Positions 12,701-25,000 of a stretch of 64,000 nucleotides of DNA are shown here, in pieces; the stretch's first letter is position 1, and every line of letters begins with the position of its first letter. The translations under genes were made by a program, and so were the position numbers. Below the pieces are notes generated by a model, which saw only the letters and a program-made list of their open reading frames with translations, had not been told where the DNA came from and searched no databases. Source of the stretch: Selaginella moellendorffii (Eukaryota > Plantae > Lycopodiophyta); NCBI RefSeq assembly GCF_000143415.4, contig NW_003314263.1, positions 870,165 to 934,164 on the forward strand. Direction: 5' to 3'.

Positions 12701-13469
12701 GCTGTAATCGGCCATCCTCGAAACCAAAAAGGACCTGTCAAATAAGAGAAACGACAATGGGGACGCACATAAGTTGGCAATGAGCAGTTCGCAATGAGAT
12801 TACTGACCTTGTCAAGGTATGTTTGTGGATGCATCAAGCATGTCACGCCACGACCAAGATGGAGTTCTGCAATCGGCTTACCGTCTTCCTTCGTAGAAAG
12901 AATACCCGTGTCCCACACACAAACGTGTCCTTCAGTGTCGGAACTCAAGATGAAGTGGCCGAATTCCAGTAGATATTTAATTTTGCTCGAGTGAGCTTTC
13001 CACACAGCGATCTGAATCAATCAAGTTTCAATCTTAGCAGAAACTTGCAAGAGCAACCAAACAAAAAAAAAACAGAAAAGGAAAAAAAAAAATCGCACCT
13101 GGTGTGCTCGATCGAAAACCACTACATTATTTCCACTGGCTGCAAACGTAAAGCCTTCATAGCAAGCCAACGCTCTGATGGATTTTTCCAGCTGAGGACC
13201 TGCTTAAAAACAATGAAGTTACTCACCTCTGCTTGCAAAAGAAAACAAAAACCGACCTACAAAAACCAGCAGTAGCTTCGAGCACTGCAACACACAATCC
13301 CGTCAAGAAAGGAAATTCGCGCAAAGAATCTGGCAACACTCACATTGAATCGCTGCCACGCCTTGCCGACGCTCACCGTGACGAGCGTCTCAACGCCGCT
13401 CCGCTGCACTGCGAATGGGACGCCATCGCTGATGTAGCCGATCGCCCGGAAGGCTTCGAAAATGCCCAT
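9777..13469 (-). CDS. UTP21: U3 snoRNA-associated protein 21 (WDR36), multi-exon WD40 protein
   Basis: Starts MGIFEAFRAIGYISDGVPF; continues MHPQTYLDK, SPALDVVGIG, FNLQSGLHRGSY, GHTDRITDFTFSEDGKW, LVTLSLLPKNQWQGLVHLD and a Utp21 C-terminal region (DFDFVQAVMLLVLR). Confidence 0.93.
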
Positions 13470-13471
13470 GC

Positions 13472-13560
13472 CGCCCTAAAACCCTAAACCCAAATTTTCG
13501 ACACTCCCGGGATTCGAACCCCAATCGGTCACCCTTTTCCGATTCGCCTTTACTGCGACT
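13472..13560. promoter_or_regulatory. Divergent UTP21 / kinase-B promoter-leader with telo-box (AAACCCTAA); copied at ~54026-54096 and ~63304-63387
   Basis: The string gccctaaaaccctaaacccaaattttcgacact...gcctttactgcgact occurs three times in the window. Confidence 0.7.
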
Positions 13561-13640
13561 CCATCTTTTTCTTGAAGCTGGGTACCTTTTTCTGCAAAAC
13601 AAATCCTTTAGGTTTTCCTAACCATTCATTTTCTCGAGCG

Positions 13641-14642
13641 ATGGCAGACTATGTGTGGGCGAGTGGCGCGAGGTTGCTAGGCGCTGGAGCGGATGGAGAG
13701 GTGAGGGTTGGGTTCCACCGAAAGACTGGAGACAAAGTAGCCATGAAGAAGATGTACGAGCACGAGTACCTTTACGATGCCATCATCAACGAGTCGGAGA
13801 TCCTGGAAGAGGTAGCGCACGACAACGTTGTCAATCTCCTTGGGTTGACCTGCAACAACCAGGGTACGTTCATGGCGATGGAGCTCATGGACGGGAGTTT
13901 GAGCGATGTGATCTCGTCACGCAAGCTTGGGGAGCACGACATCAGGGCCGTGATGCGCCAGATCCTCGAGGGCCTGGCGTGGATTCACGCGCACAGAATC
14001 GTTCACCAAGACGTCAAGACGAGCAACGTTCTCGTCAAAAGGGATGGAGAGAAGAATAAGTTTGTTGTGAAGCTGGCGGACTTCGCTACTGCGAGGAGGC
14101 TGCGGACACGCCCCTGGTCGAACAAGGTCGGGACCTTAACGTTCAATGCTCCGGAGCTTCTCAAGGGTGCCACCAGCTTTGGCACCGCAATCGACGTGTG
14201 GGGCGCCGGGTGTATATTCGCGGAGATGCTCCTGGGTAGCAATCCCTTTGACGTGCCCGACGAGGAGGATGGGGACTCGCTCGACTATTTTGTGGCTGAT
14301 TTCGCCAAGAAGCTGGACATCGATGGCTGTGGCATGGGCTATCAAGACAGGCGACGAGAGCGAGCACGCGAGAGGATCTTGGAGAAGATGGCATGGTGGA
14401 AAGCCGAGGACGTGAGAAGTGGAATTAAAGACCCCGATGCGGTGGAGCTGCTCAAGAGGATGCTGGCAATTGATCCGGCGAGGAGGATCTCGGCGCAAAA
14501 CGCCTTGAAGATGCCATATTTCCAAGAGAAGGCCGACGACACAGCCAGGCCAGTGCTCCTGACAATCACGACTGCGAGTGGAAATTTTAGACCAGCTTGG
14601 GTTAAAATCAACAATGCAGCCCCATCAATAGCTACAATGTAA
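13641..14642 (+). CDS. Intronless CDK/CMGC-like Ser/Thr kinase type B (non-RD, HQD), copy B1, intact
   Basis: LGAGADGEV, VAMK, HQDVKTSN, DFA, GTLTFNAPE, DVWGAG and DPARRISA. ATG at 13641. Confidence 0.88.
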   Translation: MADYVWASGARLLGAGADGEVRVGFHRKTGDKVAMKKMYEHEYLYDAIINESEILEEVAHDNVVNLLGLTCNNQGTFMAMELMDGSLSDVISSRKLGEHDIRAVMRQILEGLAWIHAHRIVHQDVKTSNVLVKRDGEKNKFVVKLADFATARRLRTRPWSNKVGTLTFNAPELLKGATSFGTAIDVWGAGCIFAEMLLGSNPFDVPDEEDGDSLDYFVADFAKKLDIDGCGMGYQDRRRERARERILEKMAWWKAEDVRSGIKDPDAVELLKRMLAIDPARRISAQNALKMPYFQEKADDTARPVLLTITTASGNFRPAWVKINNAAPSIATM

Positions 14643-14764
14643 ACAATGCTTGTGAAGACTGTGAATGTATACATTCAAAGTTTTGCAAAACATTTTATCT
14701 TTTTCTCTAAGTACATCATGTAAAGAAAAAAATTAAAAAAGAATTATAATTATGTTTCTAATTT

Positions 14765-15323
14765 TGTCTCCTAGAACTCACTGCTCGGACCTGTCACTGG
14801 AAATGGCAACTTAGAAGCGGCAGCGCGGTTCTTCGAGCGTTTTCCCGAGAAGAACGTCGTCTCCTACAACACCATGATCGCAGGGAATGCTCAGACCGGA
14901 GAGTTAAGCTCTTGCTTTGATCTGGTGGCGAAGATGGCAATCGAAGGACTCACTCCCGACGAGCAAGCCTTCAGTGTTCTCGCTGCGTCCAGCCATGGCG
15001 GAAAGCTAGAACAGGGACTCCACCACCTTGTGCTCATGAGCGGCGACTTTGGAATCACATCTTTGAGGGAGCACTACGATTCAGTCACAGACATCCTGGG
15101 ACAGGCCGGGAACCTGGAACTCGCTCGCGAGGTCGTCCAAGCCATGCCATTTCTCCCGGATCTTCTGGCTTGGGGGTCGCTACTCGGTGGCTACCAGATG
15201 CAAAGTGGCCAAGGCTTCACGCAACGAGCAGCCAGGAGCGTTTCCGAGCCGGGCTTGGGGCGAGCAAACAGCCATACCAAGTGGCACACAAATTCACGTT
15301 ATATCATTGATTTTAAAATATGA
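14765..15323 (+). pseudogene. PLS-class PPR gene 3' fragment (P1)
   Basis: FERFPEKNVVSYNTMIAGNAQ and LREHYDSVTDILGQAGNLELAREVVQAMPFLPDLLAWGSLLG (C-terminal PPR and E-like motifs). No 5' part. Confidence 0.8.
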
Positions 15324-15422
15324 TCTGTATGATCAAACTACACCCTGGTTTACATTTATCTCTTCATGTACTAACAGTAAGCGCTCACCAAGTTGGCTGA
15401 TGGAGGCAGGTATTTAACACAC

Positions 15423-16334
15423 TCACGCTGCTCGAACTTTCTTGACAACCAAGTCGCTACTAAAACCGGGAGCACTCCTCTTCACTCCACAGCGCCTCCT
15501 CTTTTGAATCGTCTTACTGCTGCAATTCTCCACGATCCAGGGATGCTCCAGCACACCATCCAGTGTCAACCTCTCGCTCGGCTCCACAGCCAGCATCCCG
15601 CAGATGAGATCCTCCGCCTCGTCTGAGAGAGGACAACCATCCGGGAATTCCCCGGCTCGCAACAACTCGATTTCCCTGGATTGCTTGTAGCCTCTCAGCA
15701 GCTCATATGCGATCACTCCCAGCGCCCACACGTCGATGGCCGCAGTGTAAAAGCTCTGCGACCTTGCGTCACCCTTGCAGCTCGTCACCTCCGGGGCCAT
15801 ATACTTCCCGGTTCCACAGCACTGCGACATCTCCTTGGGGTCGTCCGTGGCCACGCCGAAGTCTCCAATCACCACCTCGTGCACGGCAGTGGCGTCCAGC
15901 TTGACGAAGATGTTCTCCGGCTTGAGATCCCGGTGGACGATGCCGCTGCTATGTATCCCCTTGAGCGCCTCCGCCAGCCTCTGGATGGTCTTGGCGGCCT
16001 CCTCCTCGCCCAGCGGCCCTCCCTTGATCAATCGATGGAACAGGCTAGGACCGCACAGCTCCATCACCATGGTCCCGTAGCAAGCCCCGCCGCTCCTCTC
16101 CTTCACGAAGCCCGCCAAGGAGACCACTCCAGCGCATCCGCGGAGCTTGGACATGAGCCGGAGCTCTCTCCCGGCGTCCCTCCCCGCTCGAAACATCTTC
16201 CCAGCGTAGCTCGTGGCCCCCTTGAGCACGAAAACCTGGCCCTGGCTCCCGCAACCCAGCCTCTCGCCCCTCGTGTAGATCTTGAGGAGCTCGGCACAAT
16301 CGTCGTCCTCAAACTCAACGTCTTGGCGGACCAT
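15423..16334 (-). CDS. Intronless CAMK-like Ser/Thr kinase type C, copy C1, intact
   Basis: LGCGSQGQV, YAGK, HRDLKPEN, DFG, CGTGKYMAPE, DVWALG and EPSERLT..VLEHPW. ATG at 16334. Confidence 0.9.
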   Translation of the reverse strand: MVRQDVEFEDDDCAELLKIYTRGERLGCGSQGQVFVLKGATSYAGKMFRAGRDAGRELRLMSKLRGCAGVVSLAGFVKERSGGACYGTMVMELCGPSLFHRLIKGGPLGEEEAAKTIQRLAEALKGIHSSGIVHRDLKPENIFVKLDATAVHEVVIGDFGVATDDPKEMSQCCGTGKYMAPEVTSCKGDARSQSFYTAAIDVWALGVIAYELLRGYKQSREIELLRAGEFPDGCPLSDEAEDLICGMLAVEPSERLTLDGVLEHPWIVENCSSKTIQKRRRCGVKRSAPGFSSDLVVKKVRAA

Positions 16335-17251
16335 CGCAGAGCTTCTCCTCTCGCGCAAGCTTCCTTGAGATGAGAAATAAAAAGGGTAGAAACCCTAGCT
16401 TCTCATAACGACTATTTGTCGACGGTTGGGATGGCGAGGAAGAACTTTGATGTGTTTGCCGCTCAACACCACGCACAACCCCAAGAACAAGCTTGGGGCG
16501 TCAACTCCCAAGAAGGGTGAATATTCAATAAACAATTAGATTATTCTCGGCTAGATCGCAGCCACATCTCAGCCGACGGCAGAAAGTAGTTCATCCACTT
16601 TGCATGCGTTAGATCGAGGAGTGAAGGTTTGGAAACTTGCCTTTGTATGAGAAACACGCAACTCCTTGAGAAGGAGCACGAGCTCCTCCAGTTTCCAGTT
16701 GATTGCAAGTCGTTTATAATCCTAGAACAAAGCTTGCAAGGTGAATCCTTGTGAAGAACATGAAAGGTTTGTAGAGGAAGCAAACCTTGTAGCTTTGCTC
16801 GTATACAGGACATGCTTGCAGTTCTGGGAGCCTCAGCCGCTCCCTGTGCTTTCAAATCCTCAATGTCTCGCTCACTAGAACTCCTTTTAAAAACCAACAT
16901 GTTAAACTCATTTAGAAACTTGTTTTTTTATTTTTTTAACAAGTTTTTCTTTAATCTCACTTAATGAGTTTTTCTTAATCATTTTAACGTCTATATTTCA
17001 CCATCAATCATTCTGTCTTTGCCGATTTTGATATGTAAGTGCATAAATGTTCTGAGGCAAGCCTTTCACGTGTTGCAGCCAGGTGACTTGGCCTTCCTCT
17101 CTACTTCAAAAACCTGATCAACATAAACATACCAAGCTTCATGAGCAGTCCTTGGTGCTCTCACTTGAAGAATATCATGAGATTTTGGCCATATTGGAAC
17201 AACATCCCCTGATTCAAGAAGTTTACATGGTAGCCTTGAGGATTTTACATC

Positions 17252-20250
17252 CTAAACAATTTGATCTCCACGCCATTTTCCATCTGGGATCAGAACCACA
17301 CATATCTCATGCTCTATGAGCTCAACAGGTTGAATGCAATCAACGCTGAACTTATGCATTGCGCTTGTAAGCAGATGCATACTCGAAAACTCATATTTTT
17401 CTGGATGGCCATTTGTTATTTCATAACGAAAATAATCTACTGCAAAGTAAACCTGCAAGAGAATACAAAATATACATAACATAAAATAAAATAAAATATG
17501 CTTTAACTTGTAGCTTTGTTCAAACTTATGACTAAAAGCATATTTAAACTTCTTAATCCAAGGAAGTTCTTCCCAAGTTCGATTCTTCACTACAATGTGA
17601 ACATTTTAGCCTCCAAAGATATATCCCACTGCGAAAGTAAATTTGAAGTGAATCACCTTGTTATTGGACTATGCATCCTCACTTTTATTGTTGAATCCTG
17701 CAATTGCATTAAGCTCATGAACACCAATAGGTCACTTAACTCCCTTGCCAATAAGAATTCCCTTCTCCTTTATCAGATCGTCCCTGTTAGAGTTTGGAGC
17801 CTCTGCAAATAAAGCTTTAGCTACTGCTTGGCAAAATACTCCAATACATCATGGGGAAAAAGGATTGAAAACATTGCAGAGAAAGAAAGTGTTTGATTAG
17901 CATTGGTGTTTTTAACTTCTTGCAAGCATTTTAAACCAATCCTTCCCAATGGTTTCGAGGAAGAAGATGATCATGATCTTGAAAGTGTAAAGCTTGTACT
18001 CTAGTAAAAAACAACCTGGGAAAACAACAAATTAGAAATGATTTATCCTATTATTATTTGAAGCACCTGCTATGGATCCTAGAGAAAGTAATATGTCCAT
18101 TTGTTTGTGATTTTTCTTCATGTTGTTAATATCACCAAACATTCTTAGCACCATGTTGCATCATGTGGTCCAATATGAAATATATCTTGAACCATATGCC
18201 TAGCTACGATACATGATCTCACTAGAACATTTTACCAATAACACTCCTGATAATAAACAGTCCAAAACTAGCAATGATTCAACATTTAAACCATGGTCTC
18301 ATCCAAAGTCATAAAAAATCATTGCAATAACAGTGTTTAGTTATATAAGTTTAAGATCATCTAGATCCTCTAGAAGTCCTATTGTAAAAACTGATGATGC
18401 TCACATGCTTTCCAAAAAGCTAAGCATTCCAAAGGTCTTTCTAGCGGTCAACCAACTTTCATGCTTGAGGACCTCTTCTACAATATTAGCTGAAGTCCTT
18501 CCTTTGCAATTGCTTCCTTCTTAGCCTCTCAGACTTTCTTCCACATCATATTATTTGTATCTTGCAAAAGCGAAGAAATAGTATGCATAGCATCAAAAAC
18601 AGAATCATGGAGTAAGTCTAGACCATGGTAAACTCTATGTAGAGCAGATTTGCCTCTTGGTCCATAACTCTTTTCTGTAGAGGTATTTCCCATTTGAAGA
18701 TGATTAATAGCTACCTCGACTTCTTCCATCGTTTGACATTGATCTCAGTCTCTTGGTTTTCTGCCAAATATCTCTATAAAGTTTCTACTTTCTAGTATTA
18801 CGAATTGAGCAATATCTACATGGATTTCCTCCCACTGCAGAAGAATAGAAAATATAAAGTGGTTACAAATGATTAAATAGAAGAAAGAACTTACTAAAGC
18901 TCATCTTCAATAGCTCACATGCAGAACTTTTGTTCAAGCCCTAAAATCTAAACTACTGAAAGTTAAATATAGAGTTTATCTATAATGAATATTTAGTTGC
19001 GTGTCCATTCAGGTACAAATCTTCTAACTGTTGCATGATATGATCTAAAAAGACGTCAAGAACATTTGCATTGTCCATATTGTTAGGTAGCTCATCCTTC
19101 TAAATATACAATACTGGCAGAATGAGTTCCTCAACCTCGTGAATGCCTTGTGTCCCTTCGTTGAGCATGACAATATTATGCTTCTCATTTTAGTTGATGT
19201 TACTTGAAAACCATCAGCGTATAGCATTAGTGCTAAATTTTGTGGATCACCATTTGCAAACCTTGGATTGCATGGGACATCACTGCTGCATTCTGGGCAT
19301 GTAGTAAAACTACAACCATGACAATGATTGTACTATTGACTAGAGAACGTTATATGTCTTTGTGGCCAAGTCTGAATCCATCTCTTGCATGACAAGCAGT
19401 GAATTGGAAGCTCAAAAGTTCTACCACTATCGCAGAATGCAAAGTACCTTATCCATTTTGAACTATGCCAAACTTGTTTCATTGTACCCTCCATCTTTGG
19501 ATCACGTTTATGTTGAAGTTCATTGAAGTTGATGGTAGTCAACTTGCACCATAAGTTCAATCTTTCTATGATTAGTTTAGGGTTTAGGGGTTCAAACCAA
19601 TCTGTTCAACGTCACCGTCAACCAAACCAAGAAACTTTAATGAAGGTGCATTATCGTGAAAACAAACAACATGACACTACACAATCCTATGTCTTTGTAA
19701 AGGGTTTGCATTAACTCTGTGGTATCTTGATTCCAACCACCACGAGCACTCAAAAGTTTGGGAAGAGAACCATCAACGTCGTCCTTAAATCAAATCTGTA
19801 AAATATCATCTGTCATATGCTGCAAGCAATGAGGCTTATCCAGCAAGGCCATCATACTCAAAATCTTTTGGAAAGCATTGTCATCACTAGACAAAACCTT
19901 TGTACTAGTGACTGAAGAAACTTAGTAGTTGTGAATCTATAAAAAGTTTATGTTTTGGTGTCATGATATTTATATCTGATAAAAGACATAGAAACTAATC
20001 AATTTTTACATCATTCTATAATCCATACCATCAGTTGCCTTAAAGTTAGTGTAGCTGGAGCTCTCACTTGTAGTAGCATCTAAAAAAAAACAAAAACAAA
20101 AATGATTTAGGATCTAAAATCAAATTCAGTTTTAAAATTACATGAAACACCTTTATCTGATTCTTTGTTTGTAAATATCTTACAAGCTTTATAAACCACA
20201 TTGACTCCAAGAGGATTTCTTAACTTGCATTATGCACATAAGCACCTGAA
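17252..20250 (-). mobile_element. Decayed CACTA/EnSpm-like (Tnp2-family) transposase, copy T1
   Basis: Piecing frames together gives VWHSSKW...FANGDPQNLALMLYADGFQ, LDVFLDHIMQQLEDLYLNG and DSVFDAMHT. These parallel Tnp2 motifs DPRNxxLxLxxDGF, DVFLxPLxxEL and DxMH. Short introns, stops and frameshifts are present. Confidence 0.7.
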
Positions 20251-21218
20251 AACCATGGTATAAATCTAATTAAAACTATATATGTTTTAATACTTATATA
20301 ATCACGTAATAATACATATATTTTAAAACTTATATGATACAAACTCATATTGATTTTACAATTTTTCTTGACTCAAACTTAACATTAAAACTCAGCATAT
20401 TAACTTTTAGTGTTTAGAAGTTTATAAAAAGTACTTGTTTTTGGAGTGTTGATTTCAATTTATAACTATGTTATTTTACCTGTCTAGATATAACACACAC
20501 CAATCTATCAAATTAGAGGCACTTAATTAGACCAATAAAGAATAATAAATAACAAAGTATAAACTTTTCAAGAGTTTCGTTCCAGGAATGCGCCGTCCGT
20601 CTTGGAACTAACTTTTTTTGCTTTCATAGGTTTCATGGATATTATTTTTGTTATTAGACTCTTTCTCTTCATGATATTATTCATAAAAAATTAAAATATT
20701 AAAACTTTCTTGATTGTAGTAGTAAGAAGATAAATTTTTTCTAAATATAATTAATTATATTTTAAACATTTACATGTTACCAGATTTAGTTAGTATTATT
20801 TTCTACTTTATTTTATCAAAAAATTTGATAATTACCTAGTACTATTTAAATATAAACATGATTTCTCTAAAGTATTATTATTTATTACATAAAACGAGTT
20901 AATTTATTTAAGCTAGTTATTCTAAATATAGAGTATTATTTATTTTTAATAATTACAAATATTTTTAATTAATACATTTTCTCTAATACAATAAACTTGT
21001 CAATTTTTCTATTTGTACAACTATTAGTAGTGTTACAACTATATCCGTCACTCACTAATTCAATGGATTTACTTTTCACTCACTATAGCTATTAATTATA
21101 GCTATATTTAAATGTATGTACTTCCTATTGCAATTACTTCCTTTTCCACTCCACCATAGTCACAGAAAATCTTTAAAGTATATGATGATTTAGAAATAAT
21201 TAAAAAAAAAAAATGTTA

Positions 21219-21394
21219 TGTGAGGTCCAAGTGTACAACTACGATGCCGTATAGGAGCGAGTGGTCCAGATTGAAACCAATCCGACGGCTACCAAAATCC
21301 CACTATGCTAATATTAGTATATATAAACTAAGGTTTTTGGGCTAGTTAATATGTACATTTTCTATATTCCCTTTTCATATTCTAAGCACTCACA
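21219..21394 (+). mobile_element. 176-bp LTR (TGTGAG...CTCACA), duplicated copy, followed by PBS at 21396-21412
   Basis: 6-bp terminal inverted repeat. Immediately followed by TGGTGGAGATGAGGGGC. Mirror image of 25425-25600. Confidence 0.75.
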
Positions 21395-22011
21395 TTGGTG
21401 GAGATGAGGGGCATTTTTAATTGTCCTTGAGGAGTGCTTAAATTTTGGATTTTAGTTTAGATCTAGCTTTTATGAAAGCAAAAAAAGTTATATTATTTAT
21501 TTTTAATAATTACAAATATTTTTAATTAATACATTTTCTCTTCCACAAACTTCTATACAGGCACAACCTTTTATTTAACATTAAACATAATGAGATTTAA
21601 GAACTTCACATTATAAGTTATAATTAACCTTGTTTAAATAATAAATAAATTTTTTTTATCTTATTTTATATTTAATTTATTTTTCTAATCTTTCTTATTG
21701 AAAATTTAGTAAAAATCTATTTAATTGAAGAGAAAATAAAGTATTTTTAATAGAAAAGGAAAGTGAAATATTTTCATAGTAAATTTCACATTATTTATTA
21801 GTTATATTAAATATTTTACATTATTGCAAAAAAAACTTCTAAAATAAAATTTGGAAGTGAAGACTAATGGGATTAACTACTAAAAACTACTAAAGCCTAA
21901 TTTATCAAAGTTATTAAGGTTTTTGGTTCTTGTGTTATTTTTTGGATTTTTATTGATGATGTAACCTTTTATTGATGCACTATAACACCACCATAACTTG
22001 AACACACTTTC

Positions 22012-25000
22012 TTTTCCACAAAATAAAGAAGGCTATCTTCAAGGCGATATTGAGAATGTAAATGCCAGAAAGGTAAGTCATCAGCAAGTGATGTAAAATT
22101 CTCAAACCCATCTCGAAGCCTTCGAATCCATGGATTAATCTTTTAAGCCTCGCGAACCTCATCAAGATAAGGTAGATCTTGCTCTACGCCTTGTGGACAT
22201 TGAACGTCAAGTACAGCAACTGCCGATGGCATAGAACCCTCGTCTATAAAATCCACAGAGGCTAGAACAACGTGCTCATCAGAAACATGAGAAGAGAGTG
22301 GAGAAGGAAGAGGAGCTCGAGAAAGGGCATCAGCATCAACCATAAAACTCCTTAGGCGATGAACAACATCAAAATTATATATCTGAAGCTTCAAAGCCTA
22401 TCGAGCAGTACAACCAACCAAGTTCTTCCACTTCAATAATGAAGTAATAACAGTATGATCATCTTCAAGTAACGTCCGAGAACCATGTAGATATGTATGA
22501 AGTTTCTCGAACTAACTACTGCTAAACACTGCTTCTTTATCGTGGAGCAGTTCATCTCTGCTAGTTGTAATGTATGGCTTATATACGCAATGGGATGGTG
22601 CTGACTAGGCACACTCGAGCTCTCTTGCATCAACACACGTCCAAGACCAATGTCAGAAGCATCCACGCGCAAAATAAAAGGTCGAGTGTAGTCAGGATAT
22701 GCTAAAACGGGAGAAGTCGTCAATAGTTCTTTGAGATCCACGAGCACCCGCTCATAATCCAGAGACCAAATGAAAGATCATGTTGATGACTTCAGCAACA
22801 CTCACAACGGTGCAGTGCGATAAAAAAGATGATCCACAAAACGACTGAGGTACTACACCTTGCCCAAGAAATGCTACACATCATTCACACATTTCGGAGT
22901 AGGGAACTTTAAAACAGCTATAAGCTTGTCAGGATCAACTTGCAAACCCTCATGAGAAATACGGTACCCAAGATAAGTTATGTCCTTGGACCCAAACACG
23001 CACTTCGATCGCTTCAACTTTAAACTAATATTGTGTAACCGATCCAACACTTTACAAACATCACGAACGTGCTGTTCCCACATCCCCTCCAAGTGGATCA
23101 AGACATCATTAATGAAGTCAGCAATCACCTTTGGCATATCGCAAAGAACCTCATCCATCATCTGCTAGAAAGTTGCTAGAGCATTGTTCAAACCAAACGG
23201 CATCACCAAGAACTTGTACAAACCAAACAGTATACAAAAAGCAATCTTAGGAATATCTTCTTCGGCCATCGATACTTGCTAGTACCCAGAAGCAAGATCT
23301 AGCTTGGTGAACCAACGACTTCGCCCCAGACAATCCAAGAGATCAGCAGTGTGAGAAAAAGGGTACATATCTGGGATCGTCACTTCGTTTAACGGACGAT
23401 AGTCGATGCAGAAATAAATACTCCCATCAAATTTCGTCACAAGATGAGGTTCATATGCCCAAGGACTCTGCGACTTCCGAATAACACCCTTCTTTAACAT
23501 TTCCTTGACGTTTGCACGTAAAATCTTGATCTCCTTGGGTGATTGACAACGAATAGGAACCTTGATTGGACAAGCATCCCTGGTTGGAATCGGATGACGT
23601 GTGGCAATCTTGGCCCCAGACGATAAGTCAAATTCAAAAGGATCAAAATACTCCTTCATGAGTCGGTCAACCGCTGCAACACAAAGACTGTCGAAGGGAT
23701 TGGAAAAGGAAAGAGCAAAACAAGACAGAAACATAAGAGGAAATAGTGGGGGAACAAAAGTAATGGAAGCAGAGGTAGAAGTAGAAGCATGAGGAGGTAT
23801 GGAAGTGAGAGGAATGAATGACATATAAGGAAGTATGAAATAAGGGGGAGAAGACTCAAAGTCATACTTGGCATGATTGCGCTGCAATCAATCCATACCA
23901 AGAATGAGGTCAAAAGCTTGACTCGACACCACCCATAATGACTGCAACTCAAGCTTGAGATCGCCCACACACACAACTAGGTCTGCCTCATCTTGTGCAC
24001 ATGCATGTGTACGGCCGTTACTATAAAGAATGAAAACTAGTTCCACCACACAATGCAAGTGTAGATGGTAACGTGTGGCAACAAGTTGAGCAATAGAAGA
24101 TAAACTCGAACTTGTATAAACCAACACGGAGAGAATAATAGGAGACCTCTTGCTATAAAAACGAGTTTGGAAAGTAAACACTAGATGAACCAATGCCAAG
24201 TGAACCCCTTGATGATACTCCCGAAAGAAATATGGAGGGGTCACCGACTTATTTGCGCAAGGTCCCTCCGTTACTCGTGCGACTCCTCGTTTCCCAGATG
24301 CATCTCAGTGTCCAAACCTTCCACTACAAAAGCACCAACAGGACGTTGCTGACACCAAAGTCTCCACCCAGGAAATGGAAGTTGCCAATCCAGAAAACGC
24401 TAACAGTGCCAATAAGTATGACCAACTTCATCACACACCCAGTAGCGAACATCATGGCCACGACCACATCCTCACCCTTGGCCTTGGACTTGAGCAATAG
24501 CAACATCAACCTTCATTGGAACAAGACCATCACCCATAGGAAGGGGAGCTAAAGGACGGGCAGCGAGAAGTGGAAGAGGCGACATCTCATAACGTTATGC
24601 CAAACAAAGAGCATCGTCAAGGGTAGCGGGAGCAAGTGCATGCACAAGTCCAACAAGATCTTGACGAAGTGATGGCCACAACATTCTTAGCTTGATCCGC
24701 TCTAACATATTTGGCTCCGCACAAAGCAAAAGACTTCGGAAACGAATGCTAAATTGCATCACTGATTCAGATGGCCCTTGGCGAAGACGATGCAATTGTT
24801 GGAAAGCATCATCACAGTCGTTGGCATGTCCGAAGGTGCATTTGAAGACATCCGAGAAAACACTCCAATCCCCACGAGTGGCTGTGCTCAGACATTGCAA
24901 CGCCGTCCCTTGGAGACATGTGGGAAACTCACGCAAACATTGAGCATCATCCCAAGAATGATATGTGGCAATCACTGTGAAGTGATTGAACCAATGGTAC

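Noticed and set aside
13507-13522. GGTTCGAATCCC (tRNA B-box/T-loop-like) on the minus strand
   Set aside because: No A-box or cloverleaf can be built, and the motif is mutated or deleted in the duplicated copies. Not called as a tRNA.
15681-16373. 230-aa antisense ORF over kinase C (also at the three other copies), plus similar shadow ORFs over kinases A and B
   Set aside because: Expected from GC-rich codon usage on the opposite strand. No recognisable motifs, and its conservation is explained by the duplication.
19570-19592. ttagtttagggtttagggg telomere-like repeats
   Set aside because: Only two units, inside the transposase relic; too short to call an interstitial telomere.
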